Of a DNA stretch of 64,000 nucleotides, positions 21,613 through 31,625 are shown piece by piece (the first letter of the stretch is position 1; each line of letters begins with the position of its first letter). The notes beneath the pieces are model-generated. The model saw only the letters and a list, made by a program, of their open reading frames with translations. It ran no database searches and was not told where the DNA came from. Where the stretch lies: NCBI GenBank assembly GCA_027251445.1, contig JAPNQO010000084.1, positions 1-64,000 on the forward strand, given 5' to 3'. The DNA comes from Fidelibacterota bacterium. Lineage in GTDB: Bacteria; Fidelibacterota; Marinisomatia; Marinisomatales; TCS55. The position numbers were made by a program, and so were the translations under genes.

Positions 21613-23223
21613 CTAATCTGCACTCGAATATGGACCAATAACCAATTCTTTTTTTCCACCTGGGTAAAGTATATCAATATTAGGCTCACCTATCGATGTC
21701 CAGGTTCTTGATAACATTATTATACCCTGGTCATAAACATTCAATGATTGCAAATCAAAGTATTCACCCCAGTACCATTCTATCCCATGTTTTGTACTAT
21801 TCATGAATGTACATTCATATTTTGGGTTACCATTAAAATGAACATTTGATTTCGTTCTTAACCCAAGAGTTGGATCTGTAATATTTACACCTGACTCAGT
21901 CCAAACTTTTTCTTCAATTATTTCCTTTCCTCTATAGACTCGAATATTTTTAAATCTACCATTTTCATAATATTCAAATAAAACAACTGGACTACCAGCA
22001 TAATAATATCCTTCTTTCATTATGGCGCCGGATGGACTATAAACACGCATTATTCCTTGAAGTTTTCCATCATTAAACATGGTAATACTTGAAATATATT
22101 CTTCACTATACCACCTAGTAATCAAACCACTAAGCTTATCATTAAGATAGTAACCCTCTTCTTCTTTTACTCCATTTAAGTCCCAATTTTTAAAGACACC
22201 TGAACGTTTTCCATCTTGAAAAGTGATAAGTGACTGCATCTGTCCATCATTATAAAATATTTTCATTTCCCCATGTAACATATCATTGATATAGTTCATT
22301 AACTTATATGGTTGTTTACCATCAAAATAAATAGTACTTAATCCATTTAACATTCCGCCTGAATAGATTTTAATTGAATCTTTTTTCCCATTTCTATTAA
22401 ACCATTTCCATTCTCCAATTTTCAATCCAAGGTTATAATTACCATCTACAGCTATATTGCCATTAGTATTCCAGATTTTATATTCACCATGATAATTATT
22501 TTCCATATATGAGATTAATGAATCTAATCCGTTTTCTTCACTATACCACTTCCAACGACCTTCCTTGTTATCCTGATAATAACCACCTTTTATTTTAACC
22601 TTACCATCATTATCATAAACTTGCATCGGGCCATCTTTCAATCCATTATTATAAGTAAGCATTCTTATTTTAATCTTGCTTTTCCACCAAACCCACTCAC
22701 CATGAGGAATATCTTGTCTATATTCTCCACTTGAAATTTTATTACCTTTTATATCAAATTCTTTATATTTACCATGTTTTTTATTATCCAAGAAATCAAT
22801 CACTAACTGAGGTTTTCCATTAATAAAATAATCAATATACTGCCCATTAAGTATCCCTTGATTAAATGATCTTACAGAGTCAATAAGCCCATCATTTCCA
22901 TACCAAGTCCATTTTCCTGATAACTCTCCATTATTAAAATTTCCATTAGCAAATTTTTTTCCTGATTTGTGCCAGGAATAATATTTACCATTTGGTTGAC
23001 CTTCCTTAATATCTTGGACATAAAATTTGCTACCATTACGGTAATATCTGATTAATTTGGTTGTGGTCGAGTCAGAACTTGAACCATTTCTAATTACTTT
23101 ATAATCTCGAGTTAGTTTTATTCTGCCATTATCATATCTATCAATGATTTCAGTTTTTGGGGTACAACCAAATAATGATAGTGTATAAAAAAGAATTATA
23201 AGGTTAACAATTGTTACCAACAT
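21613..23223 (-). CDS. Lipoprotein made of MORN-variant repeats (YwqK-like)
   Basis: Lipobox LFGC; many ~22-24 aa repeats of G-x-[WY]-x-x-[WY]-x-x-NG. Confidence 0.8.
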   Translation of the reverse strand: MLVTIVNLIILFYTLSLFGCTPKTEIIDRYDNGRIKLTRDYKVIRNGSSSDSTTTKLIRYYRNGSKFYVQDIKEGQPNGKYYSWHKSGKKFANGNFNNGELSGKWTWYGNDGLIDSVRSFNQGILNGQYIDYFINGKPQLVIDFLDNKKHGKYKEFDIKGNKISSGEYRQDIPHGEWVWWKSKIKIRMLTYNNGLKDGPMQVYDNDGKVKIKGGYYQDNKEGRWKWYSEENGLDSLISYMENNYHGEYKIWNTNGNIAVDGNYNLGLKIGEWKWFNRNGKKDSIKIYSGGMLNGLSTIYFDGKQPYKLMNYINDMLHGEMKIFYNDGQMQSLITFQDGKRSGVFKNWDLNGVKEEEGYYLNDKLSGLITRWYSEEYISSITMFNDGKLQGIMRVYSPSGAIMKEGYYYAGSPVVLFEYYENGRFKNIRVYRGKEIIEEKVWTESGVNITDPTLGLRTKSNVHFNGNPKYECTFMNSTKHGIEWYWGEYFDLQSLNVYDQGIIMLSRTWTSIGEPNIDILYPGGKKELVIGPYSSAD

Positions 23224-23415
23224 TCACGCGCACGTAATAATTTCCTTAGCAATGAGCACTGGTATCAAAATATATAATATTGAATCGCGGATAAGATAAT
23301 ATAGAAAAAAAACAACTAGTACTATAGGGCCTTTTTGTTTTAATAGAAGTTTTAAGCCACCTTCTTTCCTAATATCATTCCATTCACGAAAAAATTTCGG
23401 CTTTACAAACTTCAT
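23224..23415 (-). CDS. Small hypothetical membrane protein (63 aa)
   Basis: Basic N-terminus and hydrophobic FFLYYLIRDSILYILIP; abuts or overlaps both neighbours. Confidence 0.7.
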   Translation of the reverse strand: MKFVKPKFFREWNDIRKEGGLKLLLKQKGPIVLVVFFLYYLIRDSILYILIPVLIAKEIITCA

Positions 23416-23885
23416 TCATTCTTTAATTCAATTTTGTCAAATTTCAGATTTTCGTATTTTTCCCAAATTGTTTCGCCAGATGCCTGTTGGAATCGAAAAG
23501 CAAAAACTAGAGCATCCATAAAAGTATTATTTTGAAATTCTTTATGGCTATAATACTCATCAATCCAGCCTATAAATTCCTTGATATCTATTTCTTCTAG
23601 CTGATCAAAAATCCCAAAGACTGTCTCTGCTTTATTATCATAATACCATTGTGTTACTTTATCGTAACCAACTTCCTTTTTAAGCGCATCATATGTTTCA
23701 TAGACTTGAGTCATATAAGAAAATAAATATATACTTTTCTCTTCTTGATCTAGTGTCGTCCAATATAAAGATATGATATTTCTCTCTTCATAATCCCAGT
23801 TACTATCTTGTGCATATATTATTGAATTTGTAGTTAATAATAATACAATTAGATAAGAAGAAAATAATATGTGATTGTTTTTCAT
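23412..23885 (-). CDS. Secreted hypothetical helical protein
   Basis: Signal peptide (IYA-Q); acidic and aromatic-rich. Confidence 0.7.
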   Translation of the reverse strand: MKNNHILFSSYLIVLLLTTNSIIYAQDSNWDYEERNIISLYWTTLDQEEKSIYLFSYMTQVYETYDALKKEVGYDKVTQWYYDNKAETVFGIFDQLEEIDIKEFIGWIDEYYSHKEFQNNTFMDALVFAFRFQQASGETIWEKYENLKFDKIELKNE

Positions 23886-23960
23886 ATTTGAATGTAGGAA
23901 TTTTACGAATAAAACTTATTATAATAGCAATCAAATCTATGTTTAAGATTTAGGAAAACA

Positions 23961-25883
23961 TTAATTTGATTCAACCCAATCACCATTATCCTTAATTAAA
24001 TCTATAAGAGCTTCAACTGCTATTTCTGCAGGTATATTTCTTTTTACTACTTCATATCCTTTATAAAGGGATATTTGCCCGACTCCTGTACCAACATATC
24101 CATAGTCTGCATCAGCCATTTCACCTGGCCCGTTAACTATGCATCCCATAATTCCAATCTTTACACCTTTTAGATGATTTGTTCGTGATCTGATTTCACC
24201 TGTTACTTTTTGAAGATCAAATAATGTTCTTCCGCAGGAAGGGCAAGATATATATTCAGTTTTGGATATACGTGTTCTAGTTGCTTGCAAGATACCAAAA
24301 CTTAGTTTTGTATTGATATCATTAGAAAAATCAGAGCATAGCCAAACACCATCACCAAATCCATCTAATAATAAAGATCCAATATCTGTAGAACTAGATA
24401 ATTGAAATTCATCTTTTGTTTTCTGAAAATACTCTTTTTTAATTATAACTGGAACTTCCCAATTAAGACTAACAAGTTCAAAAAAGAACCTTCTTATATC
24501 TGCAACTGCATGTTTATTTTTTGTTTGAATTAATATAACTACAGAATCATCATTTTTAAGTTTTAAAATATCAGATGATAAAGAATCAGTAGTTAACACA
24601 TTAATAAAATTTATTGTTCCTTTATCACCCTCATGATCAAGATATTGATCCAATGTAAATAATGGGAAAGTTTGATCAGTTTTTTTCCATGATTCTATAT
24701 TTTGAATAATATTAAGAGTTCCTGGTAAACTAAAGTCTATGTTTTCATTACCTATATAGATGTAATCTACAGCCTGATCACTAATTATCCATTTATCAAT
24801 ATTTTTAGAATATTTATAGCCTATTTGCTCTAAATCTTTCTTTAATGATTTATTTCTTTTTGAAAGATCAATAAATACACGTGGAACTTGTTTTTCCCCA
24901 ATATTATTTATTAAAACAGAATTTCTTTTAGAATAACTATATGGTTGGAAAGATGGGTTAATAATTGGTGGTATTTTTGCATGTTTACTACGTTTTTTAT
25001 ACCGTTTAATTAATTCTTTTGCAACCGGTATTTCTAGTTCAGGTTCTTCTGTCAAAGAAACGCGGATTGTATCTCCAATACCATCTTCTAATAAAGCACC
25101 TATCCCAACCGCAGATTTTATACGACCATCCTGCCCTTCACCTGCTTCAGTAACCCCTAGGTGTATAGGATAGTTCATACGTTCTTTTTTCATCATAGCC
25201 ACAGCTAATCGATATGCTTGTACCATAACTTGAGTATTACTTGCTTTCATAGATATTATTAAATCATAATAATTTAATTTTTCACATATTCGAATAAATT
25301 CTAATGCAGATTCTACCATACCGAGCGGCGTATCTCCATATCTACTTAATATCCTATCAGAGAGAGAACCATGATTAGTCCCTATACGCATAGCAGTATT
25401 ATATTCTTTACAAACCTTAACTAAAGGAATGAATCTCTTTTTTATCCTATCTAATTCTTCAGAATATGATTCATCATTATAATCTATATGTTCAAATTTC
25501 TTTTTGTCTGCATAGTTACCAGGGTTAATTCTGACTTTTTCAACAATCTCAGCTGCAATAAGAGCAGCATTAGGAGTAAAATGTATATCTGCTACTAAAG
25601 GGGTATCATAACCCTTATTACGAATTTCTTTTTTAATATTTATCAGATTTTCTGCTTCACGTTTACTTGGTGCAGTAATTCTAACTAATTCAGACCCTGC
25701 CTTAATCATTCTTATAGATTGTTCAACAGTCTCTTTAGTATCCATTGTATTTGTTGTTGTCATTGATTGCAACCGTATGGGGTTTTCACCTCCAATAGAT
25801 ATTGAACCAACTTTTACTTCTCTAGTTTTAAAACGTGAATATTCTGTTAAACTATTACAAAAATGATCTGGAGCTATTGTCAC
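23961..25883 (-). CDS. ispG: (E)-4-hydroxy-3-methylbut-2-enyl-diphosphate synthase, long form with insertion domain
   Basis: QSMTTT, PLVADIHF, RINPGN, RIGTNHGSL, SCPSCGRT and MGCIVNGPGE; 640 aa. Confidence 0.96.
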   Translation of the reverse strand: MTIAPDHFCNSLTEYSRFKTREVKVGSISIGGENPIRLQSMTTTNTMDTKETVEQSIRMIKAGSELVRITAPSKREAENLINIKKEIRNKGYDTPLVADIHFTPNAALIAAEIVEKVRINPGNYADKKKFEHIDYNDESYSEELDRIKKRFIPLVKVCKEYNTAMRIGTNHGSLSDRILSRYGDTPLGMVESALEFIRICEKLNYYDLIISMKASNTQVMVQAYRLAVAMMKKERMNYPIHLGVTEAGEGQDGRIKSAVGIGALLEDGIGDTIRVSLTEEPELEIPVAKELIKRYKKRSKHAKIPPIINPSFQPYSYSKRNSVLINNIGEKQVPRVFIDLSKRNKSLKKDLEQIGYKYSKNIDKWIISDQAVDYIYIGNENIDFSLPGTLNIIQNIESWKKTDQTFPLFTLDQYLDHEGDKGTINFINVLTTDSLSSDILKLKNDDSVVILIQTKNKHAVADIRRFFFELVSLNWEVPVIIKKEYFQKTKDEFQLSSSTDIGSLLLDGFGDGVWLCSDFSNDINTKLSFGILQATRTRISKTEYISCPSCGRTLFDLQKVTGEIRSRTNHLKGVKIGIMGCIVNGPGEMADADYGYVGTGVGQISLYKGYEVVKRNIPAEIAVEALIDLIKDNGDWVESN

Positions 25884-25892
25884 CTAGTATTC

Positions 25893-27008
25893 CTATTTTT
25901 TGAAAGGTCTAATTAAATAGCTCTCTGCTTCTTTAATTGCATAAGAATAATTATCCAATTGAATGCAATCACGATAATATTTGACAGCATTTTTTCTCTC
26001 TCCAAGAATATCATGTATTTTACCTTTTAAAAGCATTGCATTACCTAAAACTATATCTAACTCTGCACCATAATTTTCAATAGCAATATCTAATGAAGAT
26101 AAAGCTAAAGGATAATCTCCATTTAAATAGTGATATAATGCCCACTCATATTTCCTATACGCAAGAAACCAATCTTTATGAATGTCTGTCAAATCTGGAA
26201 ACATTGTGTCAAGCATCAGTAACGATTGATAGGCATCTGTTAATAACGAATTATTAAGTAGGCTTTCAGTATACAGGACTCTATAATAGTAACGTTTAGG
26301 AAAATTTGAAACAAGATCATGACTAAAAAGAAGAGCAAATTTTGGTTTAGGATTTATCCAAAGATGCATAAATACTAGCGTTCCTTTAGCTTCTATCCAA
26401 GACCATTGGCCATTTTCTGCTGCATTTAAAATCTTTTTTTCACCAGATACTTTTGATGGATTTAGACCAAACATCCCAGAGGCAGCCCAACGTACTAAAG
26501 TATTTGACATACCAGCATAATATTCTACAATTCCCAAAGGTAACTGTGTATCTATAATCTCAGGGTTATTATTTGCCACATCTAAAACTATACTAAATCC
26601 TTTATAACCCCACAGCAAAGTATTTAGCCATTCTTTTCGTCCAAGAGAAACTCTAGCTTTTAATCCGATTGTTGATCCAAGATATAATTTATAATTAGGA
26701 TCATCAGGAAATCTATCAATCAATTCATTATAAACTGGTATAATTAAATCAATATCTTTTTTTAATGAATGCCAAGTAACATCTAATGGGTCATGAGCCT
26801 GACTATGGAGCCACCTTGCTGCAACCCAGGTCAAATGTACTGTAGGATTTTCTGGGAAATCTATCCTCGCATTATTTAAAATCGTTATTGCTTTCCCGGT
26901 ATCATAGTTATAAAAAGATCTAACAGCCTTCCATATAACTTCATCACCCGAATACTGTGCATTTAAAAAACAAACAAGGTGTAGAATAGTGAAATAAGAA
27001 AATTTCAT
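25893..27008 (-). CDS. Secreted TPR-like helical-repeat protein
   Basis: Signal peptide (LNA-Q); TPR-like helices near the C-terminus. Confidence 0.7.
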   Translation of the reverse strand: MKFSYFTILHLVCFLNAQYSGDEVIWKAVRSFYNYDTGKAITILNNARIDFPENPTVHLTWVAARWLHSQAHDPLDVTWHSLKKDIDLIIPVYNELIDRFPDDPNYKLYLGSTIGLKARVSLGRKEWLNTLLWGYKGFSIVLDVANNNPEIIDTQLPLGIVEYYAGMSNTLVRWAASGMFGLNPSKVSGEKKILNAAENGQWSWIEAKGTLVFMHLWINPKPKFALLFSHDLVSNFPKRYYYRVLYTESLLNNSLLTDAYQSLLMLDTMFPDLTDIHKDWFLAYRKYEWALYHYLNGDYPLALSSLDIAIENYGAELDIVLGNAMLLKGKIHDILGERKNAVKYYRDCIQLDNYSYAIKEAESYLIRPFKK

Positions 27009-27042
27009 CTATAATAAATTATAGACTAGGATATTATCCGAA

Positions 27043-28800
27043 CTAGGAACCTAGACGTTTTGATAATATCAGCCAACCCTTTGCATCATTATCTTCTGGA
27101 TTTATCTGCAAACTTCTATTCCATGCTGCTATTGCAAGTTGATGCTCATTCATCTTCCAGTAGGTTACTCCCATTCCAGTATACGCACTAGAATCATTTG
27201 GACGTAACTCTAAAACTTCTTGAAAAGCTGATAATGATTCCTTAAACATAGCTTTATCTTGGTAGAAACGACCCAGCGTCCTAAAAGCACCTGGTAACCA
27301 AGCATAAGAATTAGAGTTTACACTTAGTGCATTTTCAAAAGAGGTTCTACCTAGGCCTGGCTCGCCCAATCGATTATATTCTACAGCTAAGATATAATAT
27401 GCTTGCGGTAATAGATTCCGGACAAGAGGGTGTTGATTCTGATAGTGCAATAAATCTTCCCACACTGATGCTGCAAGCCCCCATTCTTGCGCATTAAAAT
27501 AACTTAAACCTTGCATATATCTTGCATCAAGGTGCTGTGTATCAAGGTAGACAACATCGCCAAAACTTAATGCTGCATATATATATTTTCCCATATTGTA
27601 ATACAGGTTTGCTAAACCTAGGTGGGACTGTTTATGCTTAGGATCCATTTTAATTGATTTTTGAAAAGATGCTTTAGCTAAATCAATTTCACCTAATTCA
27701 GTATAAGAAACAGCCTGCAAGTAAATGAACCCATTTTGATCTGGATAACTTTCAATGGCTTCATTAGCCATGGAAATAGCTTCATTAAATCTACCCTCAT
27801 TAATCTTTTCATGTATTAATGTTAATTTTTTAGCCGGCCCCTCTGGCGCCTTAGAGGCTGTACGCACTAATACTTGTCTGCTCATTTCTAATCCAGGAGA
27901 GCCCTCATCCTTTATGGCCAAAGCATCTAATGTGCCTTTATGATTAGGATCAAGATCTAATGCCTCTTCATAAGATTGTCTCGCTTTTTGCAAGTCACCT
28001 AATTTTTCGTATAATGATCCAAGATAAAAATGTGAATCAGGATTATTATAATGTCGAGCAACTTGTCGAAGATAAACATCCTTTGCTTTAGACCAATTTC
28101 CATTAACTTCATAATGCAAACCAAGCTGTCTTTGGATACGTAAATCACCAGGAGAACTATCGGCTGCTTGTTCAAAATCTACAGTACTATATACAGGTCT
28201 AGATTCTAATCTTGTCAATTGTCTTTCTCTTTTAGGATCAATATACTTCATAGCTCTTCCCATTTTTCTTTTTGAATCAGAAAGATCATTGTTCAAATCA
28301 TAAAGTTCTCCAGCTAACTGCATTGCGCTTAAGCTTGGCTTTTTAGGTTTAGCTATAGAAGATTTTTTACTAGATCCTTTCTTTAAAAGACCATTAATTT
28401 TTGATATATAAGATTTTGTAGTTTTTGAAGGGCTAATCTTGTATGCTCTTTTAAAATCACCTAAAGCAGCTTTATAATTTTTTGCTTTTAATCTTTTCTT
28501 ACCTCTATCAAGATACTTTTTTGCTTGAGGATTGGATTTTGAAGATTTCTTTTTCTTAGACTTAGATTTCTTTTTTGATTTACTTTTCTTTCTTGAACTA
28601 GATTTTTTCTTTTTTCCGCTTGATTTTTTTGAATTGCTTTTGTTTTTAGTTGCAGACTTGGAGCTTCCAGATCTTTGCGCTAATAATTCTGATGATTGAA
28701 ACGGTAAAATTGTAGTAAATAGTAATAATATTACTATTCTAATAATCCATCTGGTATGTGAATAATGCATGTGGACTACAAACAATTTACGAAAATGCAA
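27043..28800 (-). CDS. TPR-repeat protein with a Lys/Ser-rich N-terminal region
   Basis: Hydrophobic leader, ~50 aa K/S tract and many TPRs (e.g. HFYLGSLYEKLGDLQKARQSYEEALDLDP). Confidence 0.8.
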   Translation of the reverse strand: MHFRKLFVVHMHYSHTRWIIRIVILLLFTTILPFQSSELLAQRSGSSKSATKNKSNSKKSSGKKKKSSSRKKSKSKKKSKSKKKKSSKSNPQAKKYLDRGKKRLKAKNYKAALGDFKRAYKISPSKTTKSYISKINGLLKKGSSKKSSIAKPKKPSLSAMQLAGELYDLNNDLSDSKRKMGRAMKYIDPKRERQLTRLESRPVYSTVDFEQAADSSPGDLRIQRQLGLHYEVNGNWSKAKDVYLRQVARHYNNPDSHFYLGSLYEKLGDLQKARQSYEEALDLDPNHKGTLDALAIKDEGSPGLEMSRQVLVRTASKAPEGPAKKLTLIHEKINEGRFNEAISMANEAIESYPDQNGFIYLQAVSYTELGEIDLAKASFQKSIKMDPKHKQSHLGLANLYYNMGKYIYAALSFGDVVYLDTQHLDARYMQGLSYFNAQEWGLAASVWEDLLHYQNQHPLVRNLLPQAYYILAVEYNRLGEPGLGRTSFENALSVNSNSYAWLPGAFRTLGRFYQDKAMFKESLSAFQEVLELRPNDSSAYTGMGVTYWKMNEHQLAIAAWNRSLQINPEDNDAKGWLILSKRLGS

Positions 28801-28832
28801 TCAGTCTGTCAGCGAAATAATTTTATTACCTG

Positions 28833-30131
28833 CTATTTTATTAATGAACCAAATAATTCATATTCATTGAAATCATCAATTTTAACTTTGCAAATAGTCC
28901 CTTTTTCTAGCTTTTCATTAATTCTTACTATTTTGTCTATCTCTGGAGCATCATACTGAGTTCGTCCAATTGAAATATCTTTACCAACTTCATCAATAAT
29001 AACTTTATGAGTTTCACCTACCATTGAACTATTTCTTTCATGATCTAAATCATTCTGAATATCCATAATTATCGCTTTTCTTTCGTCCTTTAATTCTCTT
29101 GGAACATTATCTGTTAAGTCAGCAGCAATAGTACCTTCCTCCTCAGAATAAGTAAAAACACCTAAATGATCAAATTTAATATCTGATATAAAGTCTGTTA
29201 ATTCTTTAAAGTCTTCCTCCTCTTCCCCAGGATAACCAACTATAATTGTAGTTCGAATACTGATGTTAGGGATAGCATTACGCAAACTATCAATTTTTTT
29301 ACGAATTCCTTTTTGGTCTAATCCCCTTCTCATAGATTTTAATAAATTATCAGAAGCGTGTTGAACTGGCATATCAATATAATCGCATACCCTATCTGAT
29401 TTTGCCATAGCATCTATAATTCTTTGATTAAGGTGAGCAGGGTGTGCATAATGAATTCGTATCCATTCAGGACCATTATCAATTTGATCTAACTGTGATA
29501 ATAAATCACTTAAATAAACCTTTTTATTTAAATCCCAACCATAAGATGTTGTATCTTGAGCTATTATCATTAATTCTTTTATTCCATTATCTACTAATCT
29601 ATTTGTTTCAGAAATTAAATCTGGTATAGTTCGACTTTTTTGTAGACCTCTCATTAATGGGATACTGCAAAAAGAACATCCATTATCACATCCTTCAGCA
29701 ATTTTTAGATATGCATAATGAGACGGAGTAAGAATAGATCTAAAAAATAAAGGATCATCTTTCCCATAATCTTTTCCAGTTATGAAAGAAGCAATTTGTT
29801 TATGGTCATTAGTTCCAAAGAAGCGATCCACTTCTGGTATTTCTTTTTTTAAGTCATCATGATATCTTTCCGATAAACAACCCATAACTACTAATTGTTC
29901 AATTGAACCTGTTTTTCTCAATTCAGCAGCTTGCAAAATAGTATCTACAGACTCTTCTCTTGCTAGGTCTAAAAATCCACATGTATTTACAATAACTGTG
30001 TCTGCATTATCAGGCTCTTCTGTTACGTCATATTGAGTATTTTTTAAACCACCAAGTAATATTTCAGAATCTACTAGATTCTTTGCGCATCCAAGGCTAA
30101 TAAGGTGTAGTTTTTTTCTATCTTTATTCAT
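28833..30131 (-). CDS. rimO: Ribosomal protein S12 methylthiotransferase
   Basis: SLGCAKNLVDSE, NTCGF, radical SAM motif CDNGCSFC and DAPEID in the TRAM domain. Confidence 0.95.
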   Translation of the reverse strand: MNKDRKKLHLISLGCAKNLVDSEILLGGLKNTQYDVTEEPDNADTVIVNTCGFLDLAREESVDTILQAAELRKTGSIEQLVVMGCLSERYHDDLKKEIPEVDRFFGTNDHKQIASFITGKDYGKDDPLFFRSILTPSHYAYLKIAEGCDNGCSFCSIPLMRGLQKSRTIPDLISETNRLVDNGIKELMIIAQDTTSYGWDLNKKVYLSDLLSQLDQIDNGPEWIRIHYAHPAHLNQRIIDAMAKSDRVCDYIDMPVQHASDNLLKSMRRGLDQKGIRKKIDSLRNAIPNISIRTTIIVGYPGEEEEDFKELTDFISDIKFDHLGVFTYSEEEGTIAADLTDNVPRELKDERKAIIMDIQNDLDHERNSSMVGETHKVIIDEVGKDISIGRTQYDAPEIDKIVRINEKLEKGTICKVKIDDFNEYELFGSLIK

Positions 30132-31029
30132 TATCTAATATAGAATTTATATAGTAATTATGGTCAAATTTTTCTAAATCTTCAATGTTTTCCCCTACCC
30201 CTAGAAACTCTATAGGTATGTTAAATTCTTTGTTTAGCGCAAAAACAATCCCACCTCTTGCTGTACCATCCATTTTAGTAAGTACAGCTGAATTAATGTC
30301 TGTATAGCTTAAAAATTCCTTTGCTTGAAATAATGAGTTCTGACCTAAGGTTGCATCAATTGTAATCATTGTACTTAAAGAATAATTTGCAAATTTTTCT
30401 GATATAGTTCTTTTCATCTTCTGTAGTTCAAGCATAAGGTTTTTATTTGTATGAAGCCTACCTGCCGTATCAATAATAATAATTTCAGAATTTTGAGAAT
30501 TTGCAGCGGACATACCATCGTAAATAACTGAAGATGGATCCTTTGCAGATTGATTACTTATCATTCGAACATCAATTCTATTCGACCATATTTTTAATTG
30601 ATCTAAGGCTGCAGCTCGATAGGTATCAGCAGCAACTAGTAAAACATTATTACCCTTTGATTTATAGTAATTAGCAAGCTTAGCTGCAGTCGTTGTTTTT
30701 CCTGTCCCATTAACACCAATAATTAATTTAACAAAAGGGATAGAATGATCAGCTATATTATTTGATTTTAATATTTTTATCATATAATCTTTAACCATAT
30801 CAACATAATTAACATTCGTACTATTTTTAATTAAATTGATTATTTCTGTACTAGTATCAACACCAATATCTGCAGATATAAGGGTGCTTTCCAATATATC
30901 CAGTGTTTCAATTGATACTTTATTCTTTTGCAGAGACTTAAAAGAATCTGATATGCTTTTTCGAGTTTTTGTTAATGCATTAAATAGTTTGCTAATCATA
31001 TTATTATCAAAGGGTTTTGTATTCTTCAA
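30124..31029 (-). CDS. ftsY: SRP receptor FtsY (NG domain only; start may be ATG at ~30999)
   Basis: GVNGTGKTTT, ADTYRAAA, DTAGRLH and TKMDGTARGG. Confidence 0.94.
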   Translation of the reverse strand: MKNTKPFDNNMISKLFNALTKTRKSISDSFKSLQKNKVSIETLDILESTLISADIGVDTSTEIINLIKNSTNVNYVDMVKDYMIKILKSNNIADHSIPFVKLIIGVNGTGKTTTAAKLANYYKSKGNNVLLVAADTYRAAALDQLKIWSNRIDVRMISNQSAKDPSSVIYDGMSAANSQNSEIIIIDTAGRLHTNKNLMLELQKMKRTISEKFANYSLSTMITIDATLGQNSLFQAKEFLSYTDINSAVLTKMDGTARGGIVFALNKEFNIPIEFLGVGENIEDLEKFDHNYYINSILDNE

Positions 31030-31579
31030 TAAAGGTTCTATAATATTTTACCCAACTGATAATTAAAAGATACGAAGCAACAACTAAACATAGAAAAGGG
31101 AGATATGGAATAGCATCAATCCTAAATATATGAAAAAATATTCCCATTGTTGTAATACCTGCACCCCATTTACCCCACCAATTTGAGTGAAGAACAAATT
31201 GAGTGTGATTTAACAGATAAATAGCTGGTAATGCTATTGATACATATCGAAACAAGTAGAATATAAAGAACCAAGTAGGGAATCTTCCTTCATATACCAT
31301 AAAAGCAGTGATAGCAAGTATAACAATAAAATCTGAAATAGGATCTAACCATTGACCAAAATGAGTAACATTATGAGATTTTCTTGCTACCCATCCATCT
31401 AGTGCGTCTGATAATATTGCAATTACTATCAACCAAAAAGTATAATTAAGGTACTGTTCATCACGAAGAGTATAAATTATAGGTATTGCTAATAAAGCCC
31501 TTAATAAACTAATAAAGTTTGCAAGTGTTAGAATCCTTGATGGATCTGTAATCCTTCTTTTAGTGCTATTTTCATTCAT
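31007..31579 (-). CDS. CDP-alcohol phosphatidyltransferase (PgsA-like)
   Basis: D-x-x-DG-x-x-AR...G-x-x-x-DP-x-x-D motif. Confidence 0.88.
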   Translation of the reverse strand: MNENSTKRRITDPSRILTLANFISLLRALLAIPIIYTLRDEQYLNYTFWLIVIAILSDALDGWVARKSHNVTHFGQWLDPISDFIVILAITAFMVYEGRFPTWFFIFYLFRYVSIALPAIYLLNHTQFVLHSNWWGKWGAGITTMGIFFHIFRIDAIPYLPFLCLVVASYLLIISWVKYYRTFIEEYKTL

Positions 31580-31625
31580 AATATAAAATATAGTTATTTA
31601 TTATGAATAAATTAACATCCATAAT

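Noticed and set aside
21613..23223. Toxin-antitoxin interpretation of the YwqK-like protein
   Set aside because: Only MORN-variant repeats are visible and no adjacent toxin is recognisable
23221..23226. Possible TGA read-through or selenocysteine fusing the 63-aa ORF to the MORN lipoprotein
   Set aside because: The downstream gene has its own ATG and lipoprotein signal, and no SECIS-like hairpin is evident
23961..25883. Unusually long IspG
   Set aside because: The three-domain form is already known from plants, Chlamydiae and Bacteroidota
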